Below the pieces are notes generated by a model. It was not told the DNA's origin, did not search any database, and saw only the letters and a program-made list of their open reading frames with translations. Below, one piece after another: positions 13,456 through 27,000 of a stretch of 64,000 bases of DNA. Position numbers and translations under genes: made by a program. Position 1 is the stretch's first letter. Each line of letters opens with the position of its first letter. This DNA is from Nageia nagi. Taxonomy: Eukaryota; Plantae; Pinophyta. Location: assembly GCA_050084985.1 (NCBI GenBank), contig JBITNC010000001.1, forward strand, positions 205,406,001-205,470,000, given 5' to 3'.

Positions 13456-16450
13456 ATGGCATTAGTCGCACAAAACATCAAAGACAGGAAGCATAAAAGG
13501 CTCACAATGAACAACCCCATTACACTCAAATATACGTCAAAGCCCATGATGCCTGCTGGAAGGATCATTGACCAATTGAGTGAAATTAGAGACATAGACT
13601 ATAACTCTTTGGATCCAATAAAGACTTTGATGAAGATACAAACACTGGATCCAGCTACAACAGTAAAGGACACATTGAAAACCTCCTTACTAGTAGCAGC
13701 TTCTATGGTGTCGTTTGCCTCATCCTTCCTCGAGCTGTGCAATGAGCTAGGAAAGCATTGTGACATGCAAAGACAGAGGCTCCTAGATAGAAACAATGAG
13801 GTGATCATGGACTTCTCCAAGAACCAGATATAAAAGGCCTTCGCTTGGACAAGTGAAGGCATATCGTACAACATGCCAGATTCCTTGAGGTTCTACAAAA
13901 GTCTGAAACCATCGTCTGATTTAGTCAGAAATTGGTTGGCCGATGATCGTAAACATCTCACTGGGAGAGCCTTGGTGTAACCTAATAGAGGAGAGTTCTA
14001 TCATGTAGTTCCCAAACTCATATCAATGCTCTCCAGAGTGACCAAATAGAAAGATGATACCAAATTCCGGCCAGAATTCGCTAGGTTTATAAATTTGATC
14101 AATGGTGGTAAAGGCATAAGGTGGAGCAAAGTGATTAGTGATTCCTTGGCTCAGCAATTGAAAAACATTTAAAGGAGCAAGAAATTCTACATGAACTCCT
14201 ATCTAGTTTACCTACTCCTTCACGTTAGGGAGAGAGTAACCTGTATTGCCAATACCAAATACTTATATGACCCCACACACCCACTATAGAAGAATTACCC
14301 ATGATACTATGCTCACAACAAATGGAATGATGGCAATTGGAGGATGATGACTCCAAGTTTCAAAGGAGATCATGGGCAAAAGCAATGTACACTAGATATC
14401 TAATAAAGTTGTTGCCACTATCAAGGGACATGCGGACTTCTTCATGGAGGACATAGAATTCACCTACCTCAGAGTCTATGGCTCTAAATAAGCCCCATAC
14501 AAGCTACATCTTTACACAAGTAATCATCTCATCCTCATGGAATTTTCAAGACACTTGTTTAACGTGTATGACAAGATATGGGTAAAGAAAGCTTCAACGA
14601 CCTACCAATTACGTATCATTATTGGGAATTATGAGCGTACCACTTGTCAGATTGACATGATCAAACAAGAGTTAGCAATGTATGAATTCCCAATCGTGGT
14701 AGTTGCGGATCCCTATGATCCAGATGGAGTGATTAATGCATTTTTCCATAAAACATGGAGCTCATCATATCCACACCGATCCTTTGGCAGTATCGAGAGG
14801 TACAGAAACATTCAGGACACCCTGTAGATTCATCGGATTCGTAAAGAGTTGAAAAAAGAACAAAAAAAGGGGAAGTCAAAGAAGTTGCTAGGTTGAAAGC
14901 TAATGCACAGGTCACCATACCCCCAAGCCATGGGTATGTTATTCCCATAATATCACCCTCAGTAACCCTAGCTTAAAGATAGAATGGACAGTATGCTACC
15001 AATAGCATCTCCGGACAAAGCATTGAAAGTACTGTCATGGGTATGAAGAATGGAATCATGGACCTCAGAAGGGCAGGCTTGATCTCTCAGCCATTCAAAC
15101 ACTTATAGAAAAAGATAGATCTCCCGCAAGGTTTGAATCGGAGTGGCATGCACCTGAATCCGAACCCCAGTACAACATCATCTAGTTCCAAAAAGTATGG
15201 ACCGACTAGCTCGTCAGAGTCCAATGAAGACATGGACATCAATGCAATAATCGACACCGACATGGAAGTAAATTAAGATATTGCCTTTGATAGAATCGAA
15301 ACTGATCACTCAATAGAGATTCTCAATGAAGATAATCTCGTGATTGATATGATTGTACAACAAGCGACAGGAGTAGTCACCCCAAGGACCACTACTCAGA
15401 AACAAGCATCTTAATGCCACCATCTCGAAGGATTACTACGACATCAGCACAGAAGGGAACATCCAAACCTAGGACAACGGCATCACCTTCAGCAAGAGAT
15501 GATGGAAATCAAGAAGATGGAGAAAACAAGGATCAAAGAAGAAAAAGAAGACAGTATAGCACGATGTTGAAATCATCAAAGACGGAGAGATGGTTCCCTA
15601 TGGAAATCCACCTATGGAACTACACTTTGACATGGCTGCAGTAATGGCAAACTTGAGTTCAAATCATCCCTGGGAAGGAGAAGATTCAGAAGATGAAAAT
15701 GAGGAACTTCAACAGCTTGATACTCTCACTACCACTGTAGGCAAAGTCACCTATAAGGACAAGCTCTACTCAAGGAAGAACAAGATTGGTACCAGAAAGT
15801 TTGCCCTCACAATTGAGATAGAAGAAGCCCCTACAAAGATTGTTGGCCCATTGGGAATGGAGCACAACATCATCACAAATGCACAGGCATTGAGAGAATC
15901 TGGTACCTAGTTAAAATTAGAGATCTGAGAACTAAAGAAAATAGTGGCTAGTCAGGAAATGATTGCTAAAGAAGTCAAGGTTGCTAATTTGACAGTTGAA
16001 GATATCAAAAAGCAAGTTGACTTGAACACTAGAATCACCGCCATCAAACAAGAATGGACCAAGAATCTTATTGATGCTATCAAAGCACTCCACTCAAACA
16101 TGACAAATTTTTATACTGTGAAGGGTTCACATTCTCAGGTGGAGAAATTAGACCAATTAATCATCATATGGAAGAAGGGATACCCCACGATGTTCGACCT
16201 ACGAAGAAGGGCTTCCCATCATCCGATCGTGCTAGATTTCTGTCACGATTGGTTCTAGCTGTATGATTATTTGTTTCATGTTAAATTCAAATCCACCGAC
16301 TTCATATACAAAAGGAATCAACTCGAGGTCGTTATCAGTGAGCAAGGAAATTTGAATTCCAGGTGCCTTTGTTTGAGAAAAATGGCAACATTAAGGAGTA
16401 TATGACGGTGATGATAGCAATCCATGCCACTATTGCAAAACCTATGCTTG
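13456..16450 (+). pseudogene. Decayed extra-ORF gene of element B
   Basis: SMVSFASSFLELCNELGKHCDMQRQRLLDRNNEVIMDFS (ORF 13417), FYMNSYLVYLLLH at ~14185, YLRVYGS at ~14465, MEFSRHL (ORF 14537), coiled-coil pieces at 15590-16258. Many stops and frameshifts. End approximate. Confidence 0.75.
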
Positions 16451-17818
16451 AAGCTAACCTATGCTTGTTGCTTGATCCCTAACATACAAGTTGATTGGGT
16501 ATTCTATGTCAGTTTCTACTTTCATGACATCATTTTAGATCCTTCATCCAAAACCATGATCCTTTCACTTTGAACTTTCCATTTCCATCCATTTGGCGTT
16601 CCTCCCCACTCCTCTTTGAAGCAATTCGAACATTGAAGTTGTTTGCTTGTAAGGTTGGAAGAATTGGATGAAGAGTCCTTAACCAATTAGAAAGAGATCA
16701 ACTCTTAGACACATTCCCGTTAGTGAACCTCAAACTCATACTTAACCAAGTATTTGTTTCTTCTCCAAGGTGTTGTCCTTCACCTTTTACTGTATTACCT
16801 TTATGCTTTCTTCATGCTTTCATACCCAAATACAATCATTAAGTCCACACACAAATGTTATGAATAAACTCTATACATCAAATAAAAAATGTTGTTTAAT
16901 AGACTGCTACCTCTCATTGCATTCATTTTCCATCGAGGTTGATTCCAAATACAGATACCATACTTTCTTTTATCTATCCCTATACGCAGAAACACTTGAG
17001 CAAGTGTGGGATTTTGTTTGGCAAGCATAACTACAACGTCAGAGCATAGAGTAGGTGTTTCGACAAGAGCCTTGGAGGTATAAAGTCCTTTTCAAATGGG
17101 GGAATTGGTCATGCCTTCCCGACTATGTTGTTGGGTAGCTCCTAAGTCCTAAAAGCGATTTTCAAAAGGTTGTCGCGAGAATGAAAAGCATCCCAACAAA
17201 GCCTATGACAAGTGAAACAACAATAATGAAGAGCTTTTGCAAAGAGGTCAAGGTATGGGAACTTGGATCAACTATGAGGACTTAGGTAATAACAAGAAGC
17301 ATCAAGAAAATATTTTATGTGATTAATTCTCCAAATATTAGAATGCAAGAAATATGGAAAGGAATATATTAAAACTGTTAATCACTCCAAAAGGACATGA
17401 CTATTAATATGACTCCCTAAAAGATATAAATATTGAAGGAATCCTCTAAGGATAGGATGGAAGTGAAGAGTGAGCAAGGAAAAGTGTGCATGTAACATGG
17501 ACAAGAGGAGGACAATCAATGGAATTCAATGCCTAATATGATTTGTTTAATTGTCTTGTTCATTCCATGGGCCTAACAACTGGTAATTTTCCACTTATTT
17601 CCTCACCTTCACTTTCCTTAGGGAAAAAAGAATACAACATTTAGTATTAGAAATAAACTTGGTATTTACTCCTTTACCCACCTCCTTGGCACCAAGAACA
17701 ATTTTCCCTACAAAAATCCTAGGCTTGATCCCCTAATTACGTTAGCATGTAAGTTTTTGTGTTTTAGAACCATAAGACTTTGATGAAAATAAAATAGAAG
17801 TAGAACATAATATTTAAG

Positions 17819-17834
<16 letters not shown>

Positions 17835-17872
<38 letters not shown>
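17835..17872. repeat. (TA)n microsatellite preceded by poly-A
   Basis: Direct reading. Confidence 0.95.
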
Positions 17873-17875
<3 letters not shown>

Positions 17876-18240
17876 AAAGGTTTATATGCATGAACTTAGC
17901 AAAAAGTATGTGATTCAAGCGATTGACAAGTTTGCTAGTCTAGTGACTATAAACTTGATAGTCATGTTTCTTCACACATGGGATTGGAGTTATATACTAT
18001 TGGCTTTCTTTTTGTCCTAGTATATAAATCTTGTCCATGCTAAATCACAACTTTGCTTCTTCCACTAGAGGGTCTCCCAAATGCAAATAAATGCTCTTCA
18101 ACCAAGTCATATTCGACTTGAGTAGAATTGTTGTAACCAAAAATAGTGAGGCTCGCAATGTCATTTATGTAGACCTCCGTTTTGTTGAATCCAACCAATT
18201 CATAATCAACTTGAGTGGTGGATTGATCTAACCTGATATA

Positions 18241-19609
18241 TATAACAACCCCTTTTTTATAAAAAATAAATAATTTTGGAATCCTAAGGATTCCCTTTTT
18301 GTAAATATGTATCCATGTATTTGTTGTTAGTGACTGGGATAGAATTATAAAGGTCCGTTGGACCCCCTTTGTGAGCCCCATGAGGGACATTTTCCTCCCA
18401 AGCTAGGATGTGTTATTTAGTTTGTCATTAATGCACTTGGAGATCCTAAAGATGATTGTGGGAATCCTAAGGCTTGCATAGCTCCTAGATGACACTTGAG
18501 CATGGATAAAAACCTTATTTTCCCCAACGTTGGATTTGGGAGCACTTGTACACATGTGCCAGCCTTAGAGAGACTCCTAGACTCCCATGTTGACCCATGA
18601 TGACCCCCTAGCACCCTCGTATGACTCCTAGACCCACGTGGCACGTTGGACACTCACGTTGGCATGCGTGGCACCTTGGACTCCCACGACATTTATGGCC
18701 TCTAGGTACCCATGTTGGGCATGCTTGACCCCTAGGCACCCACATTGGAGATCTTGGATCTCCATGAGGTTGACGTTGAGATTGGGGAGGTGGGGGATGA
18801 CTCCTAGGTGAGATCCAAATCTAGTGATGAGCTATATAAGGCAAAGAATCCTCATTGCAGAGATAGACTTGATGTTGATATTTAAACCCTTCTCTTCGAA
18901 GTTACCAAAGATTTGGTAGTGTCAAGCACCCTTGAGCGTAGCACACAAAGAGAGTTCAGGAGGCATGGAACACCTTCTATCTTATGGTTGAGATGAGTGT
19001 TCGTGCTATGAGGTTGCCCTACACTGAGGCATCCACAAGCGGACTGCACCTTTGAATCCATCTGGTCGTATTCTGAAATCATATCTGTTCTCTTCGTCGG
19101 AAGCTAGCCTTTGAGGGAGCCCTTCAATGAGGCATCCATAGAACTAGTATTGTGTGATTGTTCTACATCAGTTTTTGGATCTATCTCAACACATTGTATG
19201 CCCTAGTTAGCTCCTTAGAGGCCAACGTTGAGCCCTTTGGGCTAGTTTGGTATTGTACTCATCATTCTATCAATAATATAACCACGTCATACTTGGATCT
19301 CACTTGTCTCATTATTTAATATTTGTACTTCCATATATGCAACATTGAGCTATTTTTGTATATGCATGCTTGTATGGTGAATCGTTGGCATTCCTGGATG
19401 TGTTTGGCATGATATATGAGCCCTCAAGTGTGACGTTGGGGTATAGGGGTGGAATTGAGCTAGTGAGGTACATCATTTGGCTTCATGGCTTGATATTGTT
19501 CATGTTTGATTCCTTAGTATAGTTTGTGGCATGCTTAGGAGTGCATATTGATATTGATTGATATTTTATCTAGCTAATTTCTACGTTGAGCATATTTGGG
19601 AATATTACT
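18241..19609 (+). repeat. 5' LTR of the chromovirus element
   Basis: Colinear with 31659-33013 and followed by the PBS. Confidence 0.85.
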
Positions 19610-20199
19610 ATGGTATCAAAGTTGATATCTTACCACCTATAAAAATGGAAGTCAAATCGATAGCCAAAGTGAAGTAGTCGGAATTTGGAAAGGTAGTTTT
19701 CCACCAGTTACTCCAGCATTTCAAAGAAAACAAGATGCCTCAAGAAGAAAGGGAGAATCTCTTGTGGTATTTGGCCAAAACGTATGAGGAGAGGATGAAA
19801 AAGAAAAGAGGGTAGACATGAGAACCCAGATCTGTTTCGCCATATAAGACTCCACCAAAGATCGAAGTTTTGCTCCAAATGTACTGGGGAACCTCCAAAG
19901 AATTCCAAAGAGACATCACCTTCCAATTGTATCAATATCTCTAAGGATATTAGGTTGCAAAGGAGAAGAAATCCAACACTAGAGGGGAAAAGCAAGCAAG
20001 GCCCCCAACATCTGGATTTGGGTCATCCAGGAGCATTAAGGATGTAGTTACTCCACTAGATCTTAAGAAAAGGAGTGAACGAAAGCTTTCACTCAAGTTC
20101 GAAGCAACATGTATCGGGTTGGAAGCCACCACCCAGATTGTTTCAGCCAAGAAGATGAGCACTATCATCTAAAAGGAGATAGAGTGGGGTTGTATCTTT

Positions 20200-22432
20200 A
20201 CCTTGGCCAAGGGAAGCCCTGTGTCACCTACCCAGAAGGAGAGATCGTAGCCAGAAGAAGTCCAACAGCTCTTGGACAAGTACCTTGATGTTTTTGGAGA
20301 CATGCTTAGAGGGTTGCCACCCTCAAGAGGATTTGAGCACATCATAGAGTTGGAGCAAGAAGCAAAACCGGTCATGATTACTCTTTACCGACATCCGAAA
20401 GTCTACAAGATAAGATTGAGAAAACTATCAAGGAATTGCTAGATATGGAGTTCATATGGCCAAGCTCTAGCCCCTTTGCTTCTTGGGTAGTGTTGATCAA
20501 GAAGAAGAACGGGTTCATATGGATGTGCATTGACTACCGAATACTCAACAAGAACACCATCAAAAATAGATATCCCATCCCTAGAGTAGATGATCTTATT
20601 GATGAGTTACATGTTGTTAGATATTTCTTCAAAATTGATTTGAGGTCAAGATATCATCAAATAAAGATGGAGGATATTTGCAAAACAGCATTTAGGTGCC
20701 ATTATGGACATTTTGAATTTTTAGTCATGCCATTTGGATTGACTAATGCACTAACCACTTTTCAATCAACCATAAATCAGGATTTCAGGGAATAGCTAAG
20801 AAGATTTGTGTTGATTTTCTTTGATGACTTATTGGTGTATAACAAAACGTGGGAGGAGCACCTCCAACACTTGGACCACATTTTGAGCATATTGCAGGAT
20901 CAAAAATTTCATGCTAAGCAATCCAAATGTGAGTTTGACATGAATGAAATTTTGTATTTGGGTCATGTAATCAACCATGAGGGAGTTAGAGTGGATTAGC
21001 AAAAAATTGCAACAATTCAAGATTGGTCGGTACCCATCATCTTGACACAATTGGGAGGATTTTTGGGGCTATGCAATTACTACAGGAGGTTCATACGTGG
21101 TTTCTCACACTTGGCTAACCCTTTGAAAAAATTGACTAAGAAGGATGCATTCGTGTGGAGTGATGGTGCTCAAGTTGCTTTTGAGACTCTAAAAACTATT
21201 GTGTTTTTGTCCTTGCTTAGCTATTCTTGATTTTTCAGTCCCTTTTCCTATTGAGTGTGATGGATCTAAACTTGGTATTGGGGTTGTGCTAATGCAAAAA
21301 GGATAGCCAATAGCATTTGAAAGCAAAAAACTAACTAATGCAGAACAAAATTTTAGTGTTTATGACAAAGAGATGTTGGACATTACGCATGCATTGGAGA
21401 GATTTTAGGCAATAACTAGTTTGTGCCCGTTTCATCATCAAAAGTGACCACGATAGCATGAAATAATTTCTCAACCAATCAGATTTGAGTGAGAAGCAAC
21501 AAAGATGGGTAAGCAAGCTTCAATCTTTTGATTTTGAGATTCAATATATCAAGGGAAAAAAGAATTTGCTGATACATTGTCCATGAACCCTTCTTTTTAC
21601 TCTCTCTCTTGTATTTATGCTGATTGGAAAACAAATATTATGTTTGAATATGTTAAAGATGAGTTTGCTCAAGGCATTCTAGATGGTATTGTTAAAAATG
21701 AGAGATACATGATTAAAGAGGGATTGATTTTGAAAAAATAACAAAAAAATTTTGACCTCTAACTCTAAGATGAAGGAAAAGGTGCTCCATGCTTTGCATA
21801 ATATACCCTAGGTCATTCAAGGATCATGAAAACATATAAAGCAGTAAGGGAGACGTTTGCATGGAGAGGGATGAAACAGGACGTTTGTATACATGTCCAA
21901 GAGTGTGTGCAATGTCAGGAAAATAAGGAGGTGAATGTAAAACCAACAGGACTACTTCAATCATTACCCATTCCACAACAAAAGTGGGAAGATATCTCTA
22001 TGGACTTCATCACAAGTCTTCCAAAGGTACAAGGTAAAGATTGTATTTTTGTGGTAGTGGATAGGCTCACTAAATTGCCTATTTCTTTACCATTACCATC
22101 ACATATACAACAATCCAGTTGGCTGATTTATTCTTCAAAGAAATATTTAGGTTGCATAGATTGCCAAAAAGAATTGTAAGTGACAGGAACAGCAAATTTA
22201 TGAGCATGTTTTGGCAAGAACTCTTTTAGTTGGCACTAGCTATAATCCACAAACTAATAGGAAAATGGAAATTGTAAACAAATGGCTAGAGGAGTATTTG
22301 ACGCACTATGTAATAGGACAGCAGCAAACGTAGGTCAAGTGGCTCCACATTGGGGAGTTTTGTTATAACTCTATGCACCAATTGTCTATAGGAATATCTA
22401 CTTTCAAAGCTTTGTATGGTTATGATGCTCCT
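20200..22432 (+). pseudogene. pol: gypsy pol remnant (RT, RNase H, integrase N-terminus and core)
   Basis: [101 protein letters not shown]. Many stops and frameshifts. Confidence 0.92.
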
Positions 22433-23978
22433 TGTTGATTGAGATTGTGTAATATGTGCGCCTGGAACAATCTTAACCAAAGTAGTTCACGAACAGACTG
22501 TAGGACGCAGCCTGATCTCCGGAGAAGGCCGGTTCCTTATCCATTGGGCAGAGAAAAAGTAACAGGAAAGAGATAAAAAGAGTAGGGAGCGAGAGATTTA
22601 AGCAAAAGGATAGGGTAACAAGAAAGGAAGTAAAAGGATAGGGTAACAAGAAAGGAAGTAAAAGGATAGGGTAACAAGAAAGGAAGTAAAAGGATAGGGT
22701 AACAAGAGAGAAAGCAAAGGGGTAGATCACTAGTTCAGCGCGGGCTTTCGCAGTGTGCGAAACCTTGGCCTGAATCTAGTGTCGCAGCCACAGAACAAGT
22801 TCTCACTCTCTGAATAGCTCCCCAGCTTCTACTCTACCATGTAGCAGACACAGTTATACTAGCAACCCGCAACTATTACTCAGGAAACAAGCTAAGCTGC
22901 CACAATGTAACCAAATTAAGAATAACAATTACGAGTGCTAGACAAGAAAGGTCAAGATGGTTTCATAGTACCGGACTGAAGCTACAGGTCTTCGAGAACA
23001 AATGAAAAGGGCAATACTAGGCTTCCGACCCTAGTTTCTCTTTATTTTCATATATTTATACTGTGTTAATAACAGTTACAAGATTACAGAATAGAAACGT
23101 TTACAAAACGGCCGCAAGATTCTGGCCTTCTTGAACTGATATCACCTACATATGACACTTGGCCGACTGTTACAAAATTGGGCAGATCGCCGACGATTCG
23201 GTTCCCTGATGATGGCACTCAGGTATTTTGCAGACTTCCTTCTCTCCCGGAATATTCAATTCTCCAACTCGGACTCTTCGATCTTTCCTTGCGGCCTATT
23301 TTCCTCTGGGCGCGGTCTTAATCCCAAATGTTAATCTTTACCCTTCGCCTGACGTCAGTCTTGAATCTCCGGACTTCTTCATTCACTGGCTCCGGACACT
23401 AAATTACTCCTTGATGATGTCATCCATTCCGGGCTCCGGTTTGCTTTATGAATGCAAACTTCATATTTCCTTGTGACGTCACCTTTGAATCTCCGGAATT
23501 TCCCGCCCGCTGGTTCCGGATACTAAATTTCTTTGCTGATGTCATCTGTTCCGGGCTCCGGTTCTTATTCAAAATGTGAACGTCGTTTCGCCTGTGACGT
23601 CATCTTTCTTCCCTTCGGAATGTTTTCCTTTATGGCTCCGGATACTAAGTCGCTACCTGCTGACGTCATCTCCTCCGGACTCCGGTTTCCTTTGCAATTA
23701 TGAGCTTCTTCTTTTCCGTGATGTCATCTTCATATATCCGGAATGCTTTGTTTCCCGGAGACACTTGTGCTTACTTCGTCTTTTCCGGAACTTGGTCCTT
23801 GCCGAAAGATGAATATCTTATTCTCCGCCACGTCACCATTTCATTCCGGAAAACTTTACTCTGATCCCGAGCTACGTTATCCGCTCCAAAAAACTCCAGA
23901 GAATCTAAGAATGAACCCATGGTTGAAATTAAGGTATACCGGGGCTTTAATAAAGAATTTATTTTGTAGGAATCTACA
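22433..23978 (-). repeat. 3' LTR (1546 bp) of the young element
   Basis: Matches 29505-31052 except G/A at 22899/29971 and a 2-bp CT indel near 30603 (differences seen by eye). Confidence 0.95.
22604..22707. repeat. 28-bp tandem repeat (3.7 copies) inside the LTR; mirrored at 29676-29779
   Basis: Unit AAAAGGATAGGGTAACAAGAAAGGAAGT. Confidence 0.95.
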
Positions 23979-24072
23979 TTATGGCGACTTCTGAGGGAAA
24001 ATTTCGCCTTTATGGAAGAGGAATTTAGAACCCAGTCTGTTATTTACATGAATCAAAGAATTGTACCTCACT

Positions 24073-27000
24073 TTAGTTCTGCAGACTCAGGATCCGCTCG
24101 ACTTTATTCCAATTCGCCGGGATCCCGTAAAAATCTTTCAGCCTTGCTTGCGCTAAGGCTGTATGGTTCAGCACCTCATATGATATATTTGCATATCTCC
24201 TCAGCAACTGCTGTATCCTAAAGCTGCCGTCGGCCAAAGAATCAAAGAATTTTACAAAATTTGTCTCATCGAAGGACACCAGGAGTGTATCAACATCATC
24301 CGTATTCTGAATCCTATTCCGCAGACTACTCAAAAAATCAGCCTCTGTGACGAGTGAGCCGTCGCTTCTCCATAAGTCTGGAATTCCGGACGCATTCAAC
24401 CCTTGAATTTCTGATTTTAGAGTCTCCATCTCTTGCGTCCGGCGTAGGACATTATTACGAATCTCCTGACAAACCCATTTACCCCTCCCTGGGTAATCAA
24501 TCGCCGACATGAGCTCCACTCGGTCACCAATGTTATATGACTGCAATTTCTCATTCGAGAGGCTGTTTAGTCTTTTATTTGCCTGCTTAGCCTGTTCTGA
24601 AATGGGGTTCAGAATACTTTCACATCTTGTGACCTCAGCTTCGAGCCTTTTGAGTTCTGATAAACATGACTCCACATAGTCCCTTAGATGAATTAAGTCT
24701 TTGACTTCCTGCATCCTCAGCTCCCAAAATTTTTCTTTTGTATTTAACAGAAAAGATTTGTCTACTTTATTTGCATTCAGCTTTGCTTGGAGTTCCACCA
24801 TGTTAGCGTTCAGACTGCTGATCTCCGCTACTCTGGCAGTTATTTCCGCATCTCTTTGAGCGATGATAGCATCCTTTTGGCTCAGCTTATCCGCTGTAGG
24901 AGCCATCGCTAAACTAGTCTTCAAAATTGATATATTATTCTCCGCAGCCTTCAGTTTTATTTTATTCGTGTCTAATTGCTGCTTCATGGCTTCATGGGCC
25001 TTTTGCAGCTTATGGTATTTGACCTCTAACTTGGTAAGTTCTGATATGTTGAGATCGACAGCTGTTTGTAGGAGCTCGTTCTTATCACTCCTAGATATGC
25101 TGCGGGTGTCAATCTTCACCCGGGTGTTCATGGATGACAAATCACTTAGCCCTTCTTGTGGATCCTGGACAATAGCCATTTCCAGCACCTTATGCTTCGG
25201 ATCCATGGATGTCCGGAACCTTACCGGATTTTCCGGAAGTGGAAGTTTTTTCGCTTGCTTCTGCATCCATGACTCCTGCCCTTGTTTCATCTGCTGATAC
25301 TGCTGCATGATGCCATCCACGGATACCTGCTGCCCTGATATCATGATGAAGGGGGATCTGGCGCTCAACTCCTGAGATGAAGCGGCTACGATCTGTTGAG
25401 CTGGTGTCACGGGACTAGCTTGGCTGGCCCCGGGGTTACTGTTTCCGGAAAGATCCGCTGCAGGAAGTGTTGAGATAGAGAGAGGAGCGGACGATGGAGG
25501 TGGGGAGGGTTGGGGTGATGAAGGTATTGTAATGATGCTTGCGAGGGGAGGAATTTGTAGAATGGGTGTAGGAAGAGGGGGGCTCTGCCGTTGGGTGGAC
25601 GGTGGTGAAATGAGAGATGGTATGTGTGCAGCTGGAATAGCTGCTGGAATTGGGGGAAGGGTGATGGAAACAGAAATGGGAACAGTATGAGCCGGCAGAG
25701 CAGAAGAAAGAGAAAGAGGGGAAGAAGGAGTAGGAAGCGTACCTGAGGGCGTCGGGCTCCTCCTTCTCCTTTTAGGTGGTGGCGGTAGTGATGCCTTCTC
25801 CATCTGTGTTTTCCTTTTGGCCATGTAGACTCTTTCTGGCCTCTTAGTCGCCGTCTCCGTGGAAATCTCCCTGATTTCCTCCTCATGTTGCTTTTCCCGG
25901 GCTGGTGCTTGAGACATAGCATGCCCCTGCTCTTCACTGTCATCAGAATCTTCACCCGTAGGAACTTCTGTGGGATGTTCCAATTCCCACATCTCCTCAA
26001 ATTTGTCGTCTAGATCAGATTCTAGAGGAGTGTTCCTATTCCCAGACTCAATCCTGTACTGGGTAAAGGCAGCTATTTTTTCTTCACTCCATCTCTGATC
26101 TCTTAGTATTTTCAAAGCCTTTTTTGAGATGGAGTCGGTCTTCAGGTCAAAAACGGCTTTCCTGTTATAGAAACTCAGCCATGGCGGTAACAAGTCCTGG
26201 GTGATTACGGCGGTGGGCATCACCTTGTCTTCCTGCTCCGGATTTCGCCACTTAAGCAGCTCTGGCTTATTTTCGGCTCTAAAAGCCGGGGAATTGGGTT
26301 GGCTTCTCAGCTTCTTGCCAAAAATATCCTCTGGATCATATAGACAATATGAACTCAATTCCTTCAATTTTAGTTTCAATAACTTGCCCCTTAAATAGTC
26401 GCTTGCTCCCCGGCTTTGGAGCACCAGGTCATGCACTTTGTGGGGGAGAGCATAGACTCCTCTCTTTTTGGCGGCAGCTCCGTATTTGGAGTCAATATAA
26501 TCCATCTGTCTGGCGTATTCCACACTGAAAATCCAATCAGTTACATGAACTGGTAGCAAAAACGGGGCCCCAGAAAACCCATACAGTCTTATGAAAGTCC
26601 CATTTTCCGCAAAAAACCAGTCCCCGACCTCTCCATGGGGCATGCGGAGGTATAGTTTGGAGGCTGTTGATAACCTCGGAACTGTGGGGGTTAATAGACC
26701 CATTGCTGGAACTAAAAATTTCTCCACAAAGGAGTAGTAATTTGCCGAAGACCTCACCTCCTCGGTCCACTTGTCCACTGGCTTCTGAGACCCATCTTCA
26801 TTACTCTGGACCAGGGTTAGATTTTTGAAAACCTCGGCATTTTGATGAATCATCATCCAGACAATGTATGATGTATAAGCAAAATGAAATCCATCGCCAA
26901 TCCTTGCTAGCTGTTCCGATATTCCATCCGAAAGGGCACTAGACCAGTCATACATTGCGGGAGAAACTGGGTGAGAAATCCGATAAGCTATAACTAACCT

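Larger units (their letters stand above)
3504..17198 (+). mobile_element. Element B: TGTTG...CAACA single-ORF unit (~7.2 kb after removing nested element A); giant solo-LTR-like
   Basis: Starts TGTTGTGCCCACACAACA at 3504 and ends AAAAGCATCCCAACA at 17198. Perfect 5-bp TSD AAGCC (3499-3503 and 17199-17203). Interrupted by element A at 3537-10061. Confidence 0.85.
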
